A DNA stretch of 64,000 nucleotides from an uncultured Methanosarcinaceae archaeon (GCA_963733675.1 CAVTET010000003.1:96001-160000), one strand, 5' to 3'; positions 1 through 12,199 are shown, numbered from the stretch's first letter. The notes: generated by a model not told the origin, from the sequence alone. Numbers and translations: made by a program.

Positions 1-245
1 TTTCTTGAGTCAAGTAATGATATTGTAAATTTTTATTAAAAAACTCGATGAAAGAGCTTAGAATGAGTTGGGTTGTGTCAATCTGTAAACGAAATCTGGA
101 ACAAGGTTAGCAATATAGTCCAAACTAATAAAAAAGAAATAAATTCACTATGAATTTGAGAATATAAGTTAATCATATTATTTTTGATAGAATTAATAAA
201 AAGATGCTGTTGATATTGCTTTAAGAGTTGTAGGCATTTTGAGAA

Positions 246-387
246 TCACACCATAGCCTATTCCTTCTAGTAAACTCTAGGCGAGTTCTTGGCAGTATTG
301 ATAACAATTTTTTTATTTATCAATATAATTAATAATAACAATATTTTTTTATTTTTATTAGCTGTCACTAAATATTGAAAATTAAAG
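246..387. repeat. Diverged ~140-bp direct repeat, copy 1 (copy 2 at 1182-1326)
   Basis: tcacaccatagcctatt...taaactctaggcgagttcttg...tttttattagctgtcactaaatattgaaa aligns with tcacaccatcacctatt...taaactctgagtgagttcttg...tttttattagacatcactaaacattgaaa. Confidence 0.7.
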
Positions 388-396
388 CCTTTATAT

Positions 397-650
397 TCAA
401 ATAAATACTTCAGCCCAGCCGAAAAAGCTAAGCACCCAGTTAAATGAGCGTTTGATATTTGACTGGTGGTTCGCTGGATGTAATGCTGGGTTAATGGTGT
501 AGGTCTTATTGTGATATAAATTTGCCTTGTCATAATCGTCCTTATTATTCCATGAAATTCCCAGATTGTAAAAACTCAATGCTATGTCCGGGTGGTTTGG
601 AGGAAGAACTGCTTGCATGATAGCCAAAGATTGCTCATAGTATCCTATGT
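397..650 (-). pseudogene. Tetratricopeptide-repeat protein, 3' fragment
   Basis: Reading upstream of ORF 397..627 gives IGYYEQSLAIMQAVLPPNHPDIALSFYNLGISWNNKDDYDKA, a kinesin-light-chain-type TPR unit; no 5' part or start. Confidence 0.7.
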
Positions 651-923
651 TAGGAGTTTTATTTGAGTTTTGTTAAGTTATGGGGTAAAGAAACTTAAAT
701 TAGATAGTAGCTGAAAAAAGTTCTTATGCCCTTAGTCCTTATTGAACAGAAATTTTTCGGATGAGCTTAGAAAAGTGTGGAGGGGAATAAGAGTGACAAT
801 TCAGAATTTCAACAAATAAGAGCAAATGAGTTAAGAGAGACTTTATTAAGGACTGATGTCAAACATTTCTAGAAATAAAGATTTCTTCAATCCTAAAAAG
901 AAAATGAAAAGTGGGTAGAATAA

Positions 924-1176
924 TCAATACAATATCTCTCTGTTCAGAGGGAAAAGTGTAAAATTTCTTATATCATCACTTGCTAAAATAAATTGAATTA
1001 CTCTTTCGACTCCGATACCACATCCTGAATGAGGACATACATAACTATCTACTATAGATTTGAAATACCAATCAAAATCACTGATATTCCTGCCTTTTTT
1101 TACAAGCTGTTCAAACATTTTAGAAGTTCTTAATTTTTCTTCAATAACATCATATTTAGTTTCTCTTTCAGCCGCT
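924..1176 (-). pseudogene. Class IIb aminoacyl-tRNA synthetase-like (AsnRS/AspRS or asparagine synthetase-type) C-terminal fragment
   Basis: AAERETKYDVIEEKL...DFDWYFK...PHSGCGIGVERVIQFILASDDIRNFTLFP matches the motif-3 region (PHxGxGxGxER); N-terminal two-thirds absent. Confidence 0.7.
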
Positions 1177-1181
1177 CATAG

Positions 1182-1326
1182 TCACACCATCACCTATTAA
1201 CTCTGGTAAACTCTGAGTGAGTTCTTGATTGTGTTAATAATGATTTTTATTACACTATAACTATAATTAATATTTATGCTATATTTTTTGTTTTTATTAG
1301 ACATCACTAAACATTGAAAGTAAAAG
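1182..1326. repeat. Diverged ~140-bp direct repeat, copy 2
   Basis: See copy at 246-387; on the minus strand it ends in a GGTGAT-type RBS followed by ATG. Confidence 0.7.
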
Positions 1327-1334
1327 AGAAATAT

Positions 1335-1440
1335 GGTTCTTGTGCAAAAAATCTAGCTTTATAACAAATTCAGTGGAAACTTTCACAATAAGGAAAATTA
1401 ATATATCTCATCATGGGGAAAAATGTACCAAGGGTACATC
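1335..1440. mobile_element. Truncated IS6-end-type MITE
   Basis: ggttcttgtgcaaaaaatctagcttt...cagtggaaactttcacaataaggaaaatta is similar to the complete element at 58684-58827. Confidence 0.6.
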
Positions 1441-1565
1441 AAATTAACGCAGGAAGCAATTAACTTCAAACCTATTCGAAAATAATTACTAATAAAAATA
1501 TTATTCAGAAGAGAACAGATTGTAATACGAAAGTATATCAAGGAACTAGTTTTAATTAAGTTTAT

Positions 1566-2069
1566 ATGTGGAATAAGTTAGTAGAAAAATTTGAAAAATA
1601 CCCTGCACAGGCAAAAGTACTTAAATTGCTATTCGAACGTGGATTTCAGGTGAATGAGGAAGGAAAAGTCACTTCAGGAAATATTGAAATCGCACATACA
1701 CAGCTTGCAAGAGAAGCAGGCGTTGACAGGAGAGTGGTTGACGCAACCACAAAGACAATTATCTCAGATGATTTTTTTAGTGCTATTTTTAAAAATGTTC
1801 ATTCAATTCCTTTTCTCAGAGATGTTGCCCCCTCACTTGGGTTAGGAGTGATTATTATTATCCCGGAAGATGCTGCTAATATGGGTATTCTTGCAGAAGT
1901 TGCAGGCATTATTTCCAAAAACAATGTAAGTATCCGGCAGGCTGTTTCCGATGATCCCTACCTCACTGACAACCCAAGGCTTACAATTATTACTGACCGC
2001 AAAGTTCCTGGAGACCTTGTGGATCAGATCTTGAACCTACACTCAGTGAAAGGGGTAAGTATTTACTGA
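1566..2069 (+). CDS. ACT domain-containing regulator of amino acid metabolism (COG2150-like)
   Basis: 167 aa; N-terminal HTH-like IAHTQLAREAGVDRRVV and C-terminal ACT-like GILAEVAGIISKNNVSIRQAVSDDP. Confidence 0.85.
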   Translation: MWNKLVEKFEKYPAQAKVLKLLFERGFQVNEEGKVTSGNIEIAHTQLAREAGVDRRVVDATTKTIISDDFFSAIFKNVHSIPFLRDVAPSLGLGVIIIIPEDAANMGILAEVAGIISKNNVSIRQAVSDDPYLTDNPRLTIITDRKVPGDLVDQILNLHSVKGVSIY

Positions 2070-2381
2070 GATTTCTGGGTTAGTAAAACTTAGACGGATT
2101 TAAATTGAAGAAATGGAGTAAGGACCAGGTGATATTCGACATTTTATATATGCACACAGATGCATAATTTATTTGCCTTTTTGCCCACCTATTCTCAATA
2201 GAGATTAAATTAATTTTTAAGCTACTGTCATATTTAGAAAATCGATTTCATCCCTGTATATACCTGCAGAAAGTTGATAATATGATCGAATTTTTCTTTT
2301 AGAATAACTTATCATTTTTAAACTCTGCAATCTGCAGACGAAACGAAACCAGAAGTTTTCCTGCAGTGATTAATGTATTAC

Positions 2382-2472
2382 AGAGGTTTTCTATAAAATC
2401 CTCAATTTTGTCATATGCTTATTAATGGAGCCTAAATAACTCGTGAAAATCAGAGGTTTATCAAAATTCTCC
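2382..2472. mobile_element. ~92-bp MITE, family with AGAGRATTT/AAATYCTCT-type ends
   Basis: Shares internal attttgtcatatgcttat...gaaaatcagaggtttatcaaaatt with copies at 3549, 29558, 47570 and 51861. Confidence 0.55.
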
Positions 2473-3548
2473 ATAGTAAACTAACTAATTAAAAAGTCAA
2501 TTAAAAGAAAATTCAATTAAAAGCCAATTAGTATTTTTAAATTCGCTTTCTCATACACACAAAATAATGTTATTTATTTTCTCAATATGATAGTAGCTTG
2601 AAAATTTATCTAACTTTCAATGTTAACGATTCAACCTGGTAAAACAATACTGATAGCAATATTTTTCAAAATTCATTGAGTGATATTCGGGAGAATTATT
2701 TTCTTTAGCTGTAAGTTATTGATCATTTTTTTTATTTACCCAGCAGTTAACAATCAGAAGTATCTACTACGCCAAAACAGATCTCACACCTGATATTTTG
2801 TAGACTGACTAGTCACTTTTAATGAATAGTTATGGTTAAATAGACAAAAGAATTCTAAATCGATGTAAATCTGCAGAATGTCGATTCAAAAGTAAATAAA
2901 TTAATTGCGCTTTTACGAAATAATTATGTTTTCAAAAGTTATTGTTTATGCTCAAGTCACTTAAAATTCTATAATCACGGGAAAAAAGAAAACCAAGGAA
3001 AAAAAATTCCCTGAACTCATTTCTTCATTATTTTTCTGCATTTTCCATGGTTTACCTATAAGTTTAAAAAAATAGGTCAAATACATAAATTAGTGAGGAA
3101 ATTTGGACAGGATTCATGGGAAAAAAATAAATGTAAATCGGATTCTTCTAAAAGGTATATAATTAGTCCGCTGACTGAAGTTTAAATAACTAAAATGAAA
3201 CACTGAAAGTATGGAAAAACAGAAAAAGAGGAAATATGAACAAAATTTTATATCACTCAGAATTGTGCCTCTGCAGAGTTGTAGCTCGGTAGTGTGTTGC
3301 CCTTTTCTATTCTTCAAGGGAGCAGACTTATAAAATTGCAGTTTTTTACTGTAAATTTTTTTCTCGGTAGTTATAATAACATAGATTGAGTTCTTACATT
3401 TCTGTAGATTTTTTATGGTTTTAGAGTTTGCTTAAGTTAAAAATTGAATATTTATAATTGAAGTCATTACACACAATATTCACACTTTTAAAATATAATC
3501 TTATACCTCTATTATATTCCAGAGTATCCCAATGCGTGCATTAACTAT

Positions 3549-3642
3549 TGATAGTTCTCAATAAATTCCCATATTTTGTTATATGCTTATAAGGAGAGGA
3601 TAAACATGACTAACCAAGATCAGAGTTTACTGAAGTCCACTA
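3549..3642. mobile_element. Degenerate ~92-bp MITE copy
   Basis: attttgttatatgcttata...gatcagagtttactgaagtccact is similar to 2382-2472. Confidence 0.4.
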
Positions 3643-3977
3643 TAATAGCTCCGTTTGGCTAGTTTTTGCAAAGAGACGAAGTAACATTATTAGTTGAATA
3701 TGTTGTTAATCTGTTGGGTTGCGTAGTAAATTCAGTGGATTGGATGCCTATTATTCTTTGCTAGAGATTAGAAGTTTTAAGCTTCTTTCTGGTAAAAGAA
3801 GAAATATAATAATCATTCAGCTACAAAAATCAGCTTTTATATGCTTATTTTGAGTTGTTAGAGGTGTGTAATTGATACCCATTCAAAACTTAAATACACA
3901 GTGAATTGTTAAAGATGGGAAAATAACTTAATTTATTCCAAAAGAAAAAAATAAAACCAAAATAAAGAGTTTATAAC

Positions 3978-4538
3978 ATGATCGATCTGATAATTAAAGC
4001 ACTCTGGCTGATGTTTCCAGCTTACATCCCCAATTCCTTTGCAGCTATTTTTGGTGGCGGGAAGCCAATTGATGGAGGTAGGTTTCTAAAGGATGGAAGA
4101 AGAATCATAGGGGATGGAAAGACCTACAGGGGCTTTTTTTCAGGAATTTTTTTTGGAGTTCTTGCAGGCAGTATTCAGATATGGTTCAATTCAAATGGGT
4201 TCGAAATTTTGGGAATTGATGTACCAGCTTTTGGCCAGAACTACATTTACGCACTAAAAGTTGTCTTCGCTCTTTCCTGCGGTTCACTTCTCGGAGATAT
4301 GTTCAAAAGTTTTTTCAAGCGTCGAATGAATCTGAAAAGAGGTGAACCTCTCCCACTTGTAGACCAGCTGGACTTTGTAGTAGGATCTTGGGTTTTCACA
4401 TACCTTATATCCCCAGAATGGTTTGCGAGTAATTTTACTCTCAACGTAATGATAGTAGTCCTTATAATAACACCTCTGCTTCATCTTACCACAAACATAA
4501 TAGGATACTTTATAGGGGTAAAAAAAGAACCCTGGTGA
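3978..4538 (+). CDS. carS: CDP-archaeol synthase
   Basis: PAYIPNSFAAIFGGGKPIDGG, GDGKTYRG, GDMFKSFFKRR, DQLDF and terminal GVKKEPW motifs. Confidence 0.95.
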   Translation: MIDLIIKALWLMFPAYIPNSFAAIFGGGKPIDGGRFLKDGRRIIGDGKTYRGFFSGIFFGVLAGSIQIWFNSNGFEILGIDVPAFGQNYIYALKVVFALSCGSLLGDMFKSFFKRRMNLKRGEPLPLVDQLDFVVGSWVFTYLISPEWFASNFTLNVMIVVLIITPLLHLTTNIIGYFIGVKKEPW

Positions 4539-4673
4539 AATCATTTAAATTAATAAAATATTGAGGTAAAATAATAGGATAAAAATGAATAATGATTCTC
4601 TAAATATTAAGAAAAAATAGATATGATAATTATAATAATTAATGGAGCAACGAAAGCTGCAACAGGTGAGATC

Positions 4674-5237
4674 ATGAGTAAATTAAAACCAGAAACAAAA
4701 AAAGAGTTGGATATTCAAAAAAAGGAACTTATCGAAGCCCTCAAAGCCTGCGGAGCTGTTCAATATGGTAATTTCACTCTGACTTCAGGGAAGAAAACCA
4801 AGTATTATATAGATATCAAAAAAGCCAGTACTGATCCCAAAACCCTGAAGCTTATAGCCAGACAAGCAGCAATCAAGATAGGGGATATGGATGTAAGCGT
4901 AGTTGCAGGGATTGAATTGGGGAGCGTGCCGCTGGCGACAGCAGTTTCGATGGAAACAGAACTTCCATTACTTATAGTTCGTAAGGCTACGAAGGGCTAC
5001 GGCACAAAAAGCAGGTTTGTAGGTGATATTAAACCAAAAGACAAGATTTTAATGGTCGAAGATGTTACTACAACTGGAGGTTCTGTCATAGATGCAATCA
5101 AAATTGTCCGGGAAGCTGGAGCCAGTGTGAAGCATATAATTAGTGTTGTAGACAGAGAAGAAGGGGCAAAGGAAAAGATGAAAGAAGCAGGGGCAGAACT
5201 TTTCCCTCTTCTAAGTGCAAGTGACCTGTTAAATTAA
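4674..5237 (+). CDS. pyrE: Orotate phosphoribosyltransferase
   Basis: FTLTSGKKTKYYIDIK and PRPP motif VEDVTTTGGS; start at 4674 chosen because of the upstream GGTGA RBS. Confidence 0.95.
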   Translation: MSKLKPETKKELDIQKKELIEALKACGAVQYGNFTLTSGKKTKYYIDIKKASTDPKTLKLIARQAAIKIGDMDVSVVAGIELGSVPLATAVSMETELPLLIVRKATKGYGTKSRFVGDIKPKDKILMVEDVTTTGGSVIDAIKIVREAGASVKHIISVVDREEGAKEKMKEAGAELFPLLSASDLLN

Positions 5238-6217
5238 AGTAGTGATACACATTTTTCTATATTGAAGAGATCTAATGAATAAATATAAAAATATATTTTG
5301 CTTCTTTTAAAGATATCTTTGTTTAATAAGTATTGTTAGTTTTTATGTGAATTCTTCTAAATATTGTTTTGATCTTTTTAGAATTTACCTTCGGTCCTTC
5401 TAATTGATTTATTAAGACAATAAAGGATTGTATCAAGACCTGAGTTATAAAGATTCAATAGAATTAAGAATCGAATTATTTAGAAAGTTGTTGCTTTTAA
5501 TGATTGCTATCATTACACGGATCTGAAAATCTTTTGAGTTTTGATTCACTGTTCAGATAGCAATTTTTATTAACTGCTTTGATCTGCTTTTGTCCTTATA
5601 GAGCTCTTTGAGCTTTAAAGAGTTACTAAAAAGTGTTGTAATTTCTGAACATTATTTTAGTAATTTTACATGGAATTTGATCCATTCATTCAATTTGCTG
5701 AAAATGCATTAAATTATGAATGTTTCCAATTATATTTTTGGCAAAAAATCTGGAGAACTTAACTGTTTGAGGAAACGAAAAGCCAAATCCCGAAAAAAAT
5801 TAAAAAACATAATTTAAATATAAATGCGAGTCTAACAATGAGAAGATATTTATTAGAATAAATAGAGATCTATAAATTCTTTCAGTATATTCCAGAGTAT
5901 ATAAGTATTGCTAATCAAAAATACACTGCAATTAATGAAAATATATTCCATAAAACCCACTTGTTACAGATTTATACATGAATATCATCTATTTTCTTAA
6001 TATGACAGTCGCTTAAAAACTATATGGCTTTCAATGAAAAATAGTGAGAAAATAGGCAACCAAATTTTACATGGTTGTACATTTGTGGAGTGTAGGTTAA
6101 AATAATATTGAGAGGTTTTGAGGACTGAAAACTCACTACCTTTTCTTATTTGATTTCTTTATTGACACAGATTATAGCCAATTATAATGTAGTGAAGTAA
6201 TTTTTTTAGAAAGGAGA

Positions 6218-7525
6218 ATGAAAATGAGGATTTTAATTATCGGTGGTGGTGGAAGAGAACACGTAATTGCCGCAGGAATCAAGAGCAGCAAGCATAATCC
6301 CTCCATCTATGCGGTAATGGCAAAAAAAAATCCCGGAATTGCTGCCCTCTGTGAGGATTTTTTGCTTGAGAAGGAAACAGATGTTGAAAAAGTCATTGGA
6401 TATGCAAAATCTAGAAACATAGATATTGCATTTATAGGGCCTGAAGCTCCGCTCGCAGCAGGAATTTCAGATGCCCTCTGGGAAGCCGGAATTTCTGTAA
6501 TTGGGCCTAAAAAAAACTGCGCAATTATCGAGTTTGATAAGGCTTGGGCACGAAATTTCATGAAAAAATATGGAATTGAAGGTTGCCCTACTTATAAAAT
6601 TTTCACAGAGGAAGGACCTGCACATGCTTTTATCAAGAAACTGGGTGATGTTGCAGTCAAACCATCAGGTTTGACAGGAGGTAAAGGGGTAAAAGTTATG
6701 GGGGATCAGCTTCCTGACATTGAAGCTGCCAAGGCTTACACGAGTATGCTTCTTGAGAAAGGATCTGTTGTTATCGAAGAATGCTTAATAGGAGAGGAGT
6801 TCACCCTACAAGCTCTAGTGGATGGAAAAAGCCTTGTTTTCTTCCCTGCAGTGCAGGACCACAAACGAGCCTATGAAGGTGATCTTGGACCTAACACAGG
6901 TGGCATGGGCTCATATACAGATGCAGAGGAGATCTTACCGTTTATGCTATCTGAAGATCTCGAAAAAGCAAAACAAATAATGAAGAGTACTGTAAAGGCA
7001 CTTTACGAGGAAACAAATACGGAATATATGGGTATCCTTTACGGGCAGTTTATCCTTACAGCTAGCGGCCCTATGGTAGTGGAATTCAATGCAAGATTCG
7101 GAGACCCTGAAGCCATGAACATAATTCCCATCATTGAAACAGATTTTGTGGAAATCATGCTTGCAGTGGTTAAAGGAACCCTTGGAAAACTGCCTGTAAA
7201 ATTCAGCAGGAAAGCAACTGTTTGTAAGTATGCAGTTCCTGCAGGATATCCTGATAATCCTGAAAAGGATAGCGAAGTAATTGTAGAGGATCTAGGAGAA
7301 GCTTTGGTCTATTATGCTAGTGTTTATGAGAAAGGCGGGAAAATTTATACTACTGGCTCTCGTGCTGTTGCGATCGTGGGATGTGCGGAAACTATAGATG
7401 CAGCTGAAAAAATTGCCCAAAATGCTCTTGAAAATATTCGTGGCAATCTTTTCTTCCGAAAAGACATTGGAACTGCTGCTTTAATTCAGAAAAGAATCGA
7501 TCATATGAAAGAACTTAGAAGCTGA
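6218..7525 (+). CDS. purD: Phosphoribosylamine--glycine ligase
   Basis: [44 protein letters not shown]. Confidence 0.97.
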   Translation: MKMRILIIGGGGREHVIAAGIKSSKHNPSIYAVMAKKNPGIAALCEDFLLEKETDVEKVIGYAKSRNIDIAFIGPEAPLAAGISDALWEAGISVIGPKKNCAIIEFDKAWARNFMKKYGIEGCPTYKIFTEEGPAHAFIKKLGDVAVKPSGLTGGKGVKVMGDQLPDIEAAKAYTSMLLEKGSVVIEECLIGEEFTLQALVDGKSLVFFPAVQDHKRAYEGDLGPNTGGMGSYTDAEEILPFMLSEDLEKAKQIMKSTVKALYEETNTEYMGILYGQFILTASGPMVVEFNARFGDPEAMNIIPIIETDFVEIMLAVVKGTLGKLPVKFSRKATVCKYAVPAGYPDNPEKDSEVIVEDLGEALVYYASVYEKGGKIYTTGSRAVAIVGCAETIDAAEKIAQNALENIRGNLFFRKDIGTAALIQKRIDHMKELRS

Positions 7526-7619
7526 CTGTTTCAAAAATTATACAAACGTACGGCTTTCAAATATAGTACTATGTGGTAATATAAAGTTATAATTCAGCCA
7601 GAACCAAGTCGGGGTTGAA

Positions 7620-8531
7620 ATGATGAAGAGAGATATACTTTCGATAACTGATCTGTCCAGGGAGGATATATACGAAATCCTTGAATCAGCTGCGGACCTG
7701 AAGGAAAAGCGCAAGTCAGGAGAGTCTACTGAGTACTTGAAGAACAAGAGTCTGGGAATGATTTTCGAAAAATCCTCTACTAGGACCAGGGTATCTTTTG
7801 AGGTAGCTATGACAGATTTCGGAGGTCATTCTCTTTACCTGAATCCCAACGATATTCAGGTGGGAAGAGGCGAAACTATTGAGGATACCGCAAAAACTCT
7901 TTCCGGTTACCTTCATGGATTAATAGCCAGGGTCATGAGTCACGAAACAGTAACTAAACTGGCCAACTACTCAACTATACCTGTAATCAATGCGCTTTCT
8001 GACAGGGAACACCCCTGTCAAATCCTGGGCGATTTCATGACCATTATGGAGTACAAAAACAGGTTTAAAGGCCTAAAATTTGCCTGGATAGGAGATGGAA
8101 ACAATGTTTGCAACTCAGCTTTACTTGGTTCTGCAATCGTGGAAATGGAATTTACAGTAGCCTGCCCGAAGGAATATAGACCAAAAACAGAATTTCTTGA
8201 AAAGGCAAAATTCCTCGGAGGCAAATTCAAGATCACAGATGACCCTAAAATTGCAGCAAAGGATGCAGACATTATCTATACGGATGTATGGATTTCTATG
8301 GGTGACGAAGCCGAACAGGAAAAACGACTGAGAGATTTTGCTTCTTACCAAGTAAACACCAAGCTCCTTAGCTTTGCAAAGCCTGACGTAATGGTTATGC
8401 ACTGTTTGCCAGCAAGAAGAGGCCTCGAAATTACAGACGAAGTGATGGATGGCCCGAACTCAACGATCTTTGAACAGGCAGAAAACCGCTTGCATTCTCA
8501 AAAAGCCCTTATCCTGAAATTGATGGGATGA
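7620..8531 (+). CDS. argF: Ornithine carbamoyltransferase
   Basis: [20 protein letters not shown] and HCLP motifs. Confidence 0.97.
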   Translation: MMKRDILSITDLSREDIYEILESAADLKEKRKSGESTEYLKNKSLGMIFEKSSTRTRVSFEVAMTDFGGHSLYLNPNDIQVGRGETIEDTAKTLSGYLHGLIARVMSHETVTKLANYSTIPVINALSDREHPCQILGDFMTIMEYKNRFKGLKFAWIGDGNNVCNSALLGSAIVEMEFTVACPKEYRPKTEFLEKAKFLGGKFKITDDPKIAAKDADIIYTDVWISMGDEAEQEKRLRDFASYQVNTKLLSFAKPDVMVMHCLPARRGLEITDEVMDGPNSTIFEQAENRLHSQKALILKLMG

Positions 8532-8821
8532 ATTATTTCATCAATTTCTAACTCCGTCATAAATTCCCATAAACTTCCTAGCACCTATTTTTGGATTTTA
8601 GTTTTAAAATCTGTTTCCAGGAGAATAAAAATTATATGGAAGTCCAGGATATATTTAGTCTTCAGAAAAGGTTTTCAAGGATAAAGTATAAGAACAAATA
8701 GCAATACTATTGCTGCTGCAAAATGAGTTCTATTCTGCGATGGTTGGTCGGCCAATCAATGGTGATGGATTCAGAATTGAACATAGAAAATCATATTTTT
8801 TTAAAAAAGTAACCTCAATGT

Positions 8822-8906
8822 GCGAGGATTGCCCAGCTAGGTCAAAGGCGATAGGTTCAGAGCCTATTCTCGTAGGAGTTCGTGCGTTCGAATCGCACTC
8901 CTCGCA
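8822..8906 (+). tRNA. tRNA-Leu(CAG)
   Basis: Acceptor stem GCGAGGA/TCCTCGC, anticodon arm ATAGG-TTCAGAG-CCTAT, long variable arm, T-loop GTTCGAATC. Confidence 0.95.
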
Positions 8907-9221
8907 CTAAACTTTCCCCTTTCTGCAAGTTATATCTGAAAAGATGTGATTTCGTCATTATCAAAGCCTTCCTCTGAACATCCTCAAACCTGATAAAATC
9001 TGTCCCCTTCCTTATATCCGTAAAATTTCATACGGAATCTCAAATTTTTTCAGTTCGCATCCCAATCTGTATCATTTATCAAAAGTTTCTTCTTCACATT
9101 CAGTTAACTCACTCAAGATTTCTTCATAATTGTTTCATAATTTGGTAGATCTGCTTCATCTATTGTTAGAATTTCATTTGTCTTATAATTTTCAGGGGCT
9201 ATGGATCTCCATCTTTGAATA

Positions 9222-9530
9222 TTATTCCAATTTTTGACACTCTTTCACTTCCCTCTCTTCTCTGTCAATATTCCCTCTGTCGTATCCAATTAGGTAGGCT
9301 TGGGTAAGGAATTTCCGAAGTTCAATTTTATTTAGGGATATATACTCTTCAAAATCGAAATTTATTAACTCATCCAATACCTCTTTAGATTTTGGAGGCA
9401 ATTTTTCTGTCAGTGCAATCACATTCAACGTCATGAAAGTATCTTGATCCATTATAAACGCCCTCTGAATATTATTCTTAACTCTTTTTTGTATGTTCCC
9501 TTCGCAACTTTCCCTGAAGCAATTTTGCAA
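9222..9530 (-). CDS. Hypothetical protein, possibly a remnant of an element integrated at the tRNA
   Basis: 102-aa ORF (likely start nearer MDQDTF) directly downstream of the tRNA, followed by broken acidic reading frames. Confidence 0.35.
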   Translation of the reverse strand: MQNCFRESCEGNIQKRVKNNIQRAFIMDQDTFMTLNVIALTEKLPPKSKEVLDELINFDFEEYISLNKIELRKFLTQAYLIGYDRGNIDREEREVKECQKLE

Positions 9531-10075
9531 CCCTGCGAAGTTTGAGGCCTTGGGGAATCATAGGCTTTGAGGGATAATTAAAGCTATTCCAAGATGTTTG
9601 AAGATAAAACGAAGATAGCTGAAATGTCAACCATAATAAGATTGACATTTAAATTGACTATTTTAGTATGTTATATTAGAGACTGAATAAAGCTTTTTTG
9701 AAAAGAAGACGGTCCGGATAAAATCAAACAGCTACTGTTTTACGTCAAATTTTAATAAAAGTATAAGATATAATTCCAATATTATATCCCCTTTATTTCC
9801 GTTGACCGTTTATTTTTAGAATGAGAAGGTGTTTTCATATGAAGATTTGCGCACTTTTGATATATAAATCAAGTACTAATAATATATTATAGTTAAAAAA
9901 TAAAATTTAGAAATGTATGAATTTAATACTATTGGTTTTGTACTTCAAATGCTTAAATTCTAGGTATAAAGAAAAGTTATAAAGATATTGGCTTACTTCC
10001 CTATGAGTTCTTGCGTCTAAATCCTATCTTTTGATGGAGCTGAGATATTCGTAACATTTTATCTATTATCGAGGT

Positions 10076-10931
10076 GGTTCCGTTGCAAAAATTTCAAAAT
10101 AAGCATGTAAATCTATGAGTAATGAATAAAAATCAAAATATTCAAAGAAAATGTACTAACATTATGAAACTATACCAAGCAATTAATTAATGTATTTGAC
10201 TTCATTAAGAACAGAGTAATTTAAATTATTGACTTATCTTTTTTAATCATATTCATAGCTTCAATTCCTTTTAAAGTATTATTAGCAGATAGAAAATACT
10301 GAAATCCTAACATTGGATTAACGATTTGCTTTAGAGATCTATGATCTTGTTCTATAATGTTATTCAAATACTTGATTTGTCGAATACCTACGTTTTTAGG
10401 TAGTATTTTTATCAATTTTTAGTTTATCTATAGCAGGTGGATAAGCTGGATTCTTATCAACGGTTATTAATCTTGGAATTTGATTATGATTAGAACTTAA
10501 AGCTTTCTTAAAGAATCTCTTCGCTGCCTTTCTATCTCGTTTTGAACTTAACATGAAAGCAATTGTATCTCCATTTGAGTCAACTGCTCGGTAAAAATAT
10601 TTCCATTTACCTTTTACTTTGATATAGGTTTCATCAACTCTCCACGAATAATTTGTTGGTCTTAAATGTCTTCTTATCTTCTTTTCTATTTCAGGGGAAT
10701 ATTGATGTACCCATCTCATGATTGTTGTATGGTCGACTTTTACTCCCCTTTCTGCCATCATTTCCTTTAAATTTCTATAACTTAATGCATATTTTAAGTA
10801 CCATCTTACATTCAATAAGATAATTTCCCCTTCATAATGCTTCCATTTAAAGGAATTAGATAGCATGTTACTATCTTTGGTTTTCTTTTTATTCTATTGT
10901 ATCATTAGAAAGGATTTTTTGCAACGGAACC
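10076..10931 (-). mobile_element. IS6-family insertion sequence (856 bp) with frameshifted transposase
   Basis: Terminal IRs ggttccgttgcaaaaa / tttttgcaacggaacc; transposase split into 10396..10866 (WRVDETYIKVKGKWKY, TVDK) and 10221..10415 (NNIIEQDHR); no target duplication seen. Confidence 0.92.
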
Positions 10932-11403
10932 AGATTTCGTTTACGAGATTAAAATTCGGAGTCAAGCCAAAAAGCCAAAAGATCTGAACATAAAAGAACG
11001 GGTTGACTTCGCTTTTGACAGTCTTAAGGACATTGTGGGAAGGGTCTGGATTTATGTGATTATTGGAGTCACTCTAGGAGGGATTTTCCACGGATATGCC
11101 CCCGAAGGCATCCTCGCAAAATACGCAGGCAAAGGCAATTTGCTTGCCGTTCCGATTGCGGTTATTATCCGGATACCTCTTTACTCGAACGTTATAACTA
11201 TGATTCCTATCGTTGAAAGCTTGATTGAGAAAGGTCTTCCAATAGGAACTGCCCTTGCCTTCCTTATGTCGGTCAGTGGTATTTCCCTTCCCGAAATTAT
11301 AATCCTGAAAAAAGTGCTTAAAAACAAGCTGATCGGAGTTTTTGTTTTAACTATTACGATATCTATCATTTTTATGGGATATCTATTTAACATTATTCTA
11401 TGA
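10932..11403 (+). pseudogene. Permease (DUF318/ArsP-like), 5'-truncated by IS6
   Basis: Frame is open from the IS end (DFVYEIKI...DIVGRVWIYV...IPLYSN...KGLPIGTALAFLMSVSGISLPE); N-terminal half missing; typical partner of the downstream thioredoxin. Confidence 0.8.
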
Positions 11404-11478
11404 AATCAAAGTGTTCTGAAGTTTGAAAAAAAGTATCAAGAACAAAAACAATAGGAAATAAAACACGAGGCCAAAGAT

Positions 11479-11712
11479 ATGAAAATTGAAATTCTTGGAA
11501 CCGGCTGTTCAAAATGTAATAAAACAAAGGAAGTTGTTGAAAAAGCATTGAAGAATAGCGGTGTTGAAGCTGAAATAGTCAAAGTAGAGGACGTTGAAAC
11601 GATCCTTAACTACGGAGTCATGATCACCCCCGCCGTTGTCATTGATGGGGATGTGAAATTGGTGGGCAAAGTCCCGGACGAAAAAGAAGTTAAAAAGTGG
11701 ATCACTGAATAA
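11479..11712 (+). CDS. Small redox-active disulfide protein (thioredoxin family, MTH895-like)
   Basis: MKIEILGTGCSKC...YGVMITPAVVIDG. Confidence 0.92.
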   Translation: MKIEILGTGCSKCNKTKEVVEKALKNSGVEAEIVKVEDVETILNYGVMITPAVVIDGDVKLVGKVPDEKEVKKWITE

Positions 11713-12199
11713 AAGAAATTAATTAATTTTTTGGCTCATCATCACATAAAAGGGGCACTTTTTATGATAAAATTACAATATAAATAAATGTTACTATGAC
11801 TCAATTCCATAATCCAGTGATTTCACTATTTTCTTTTCATTGGGTCTTGGTCAGCACTGAAGGGTAAATTGGATCAATATACCGCTATTTCCGCCTCGTT
11901 CTGTAAATCCTATATTGGAGCTTACTTGACCTCCACTGCAGCATAAATTTTTTGCTTGAGGTCGGCAGGAATCAAGCTAAACATATTGATGCTCAAGACA
12001 GACTTTCAACTACTTAGCTATTCTCAATAATGGAAATAAAAATTAAAAAAATTAAATATGTATATGACAAATTTTATCGAAAATTATGCATGCTACCAAA
12101 TTGAGCGGTTTACAGAAAGTTCTATAAAAAGTTTTGTAGTACATATTGACTAGGTATCCTTTTCTTTCAGCACAAAAAAACTAGATGTAGAACCAATAG

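Noticed and set aside
3270-3335. gtagctcggtag segment resembling a tRNA 5' half
   Set aside because: No T-loop or acceptor stem could be formed
8710-8910. 66-aa ORF
   Set aside because: It overlaps tRNA-Leu and is spurious
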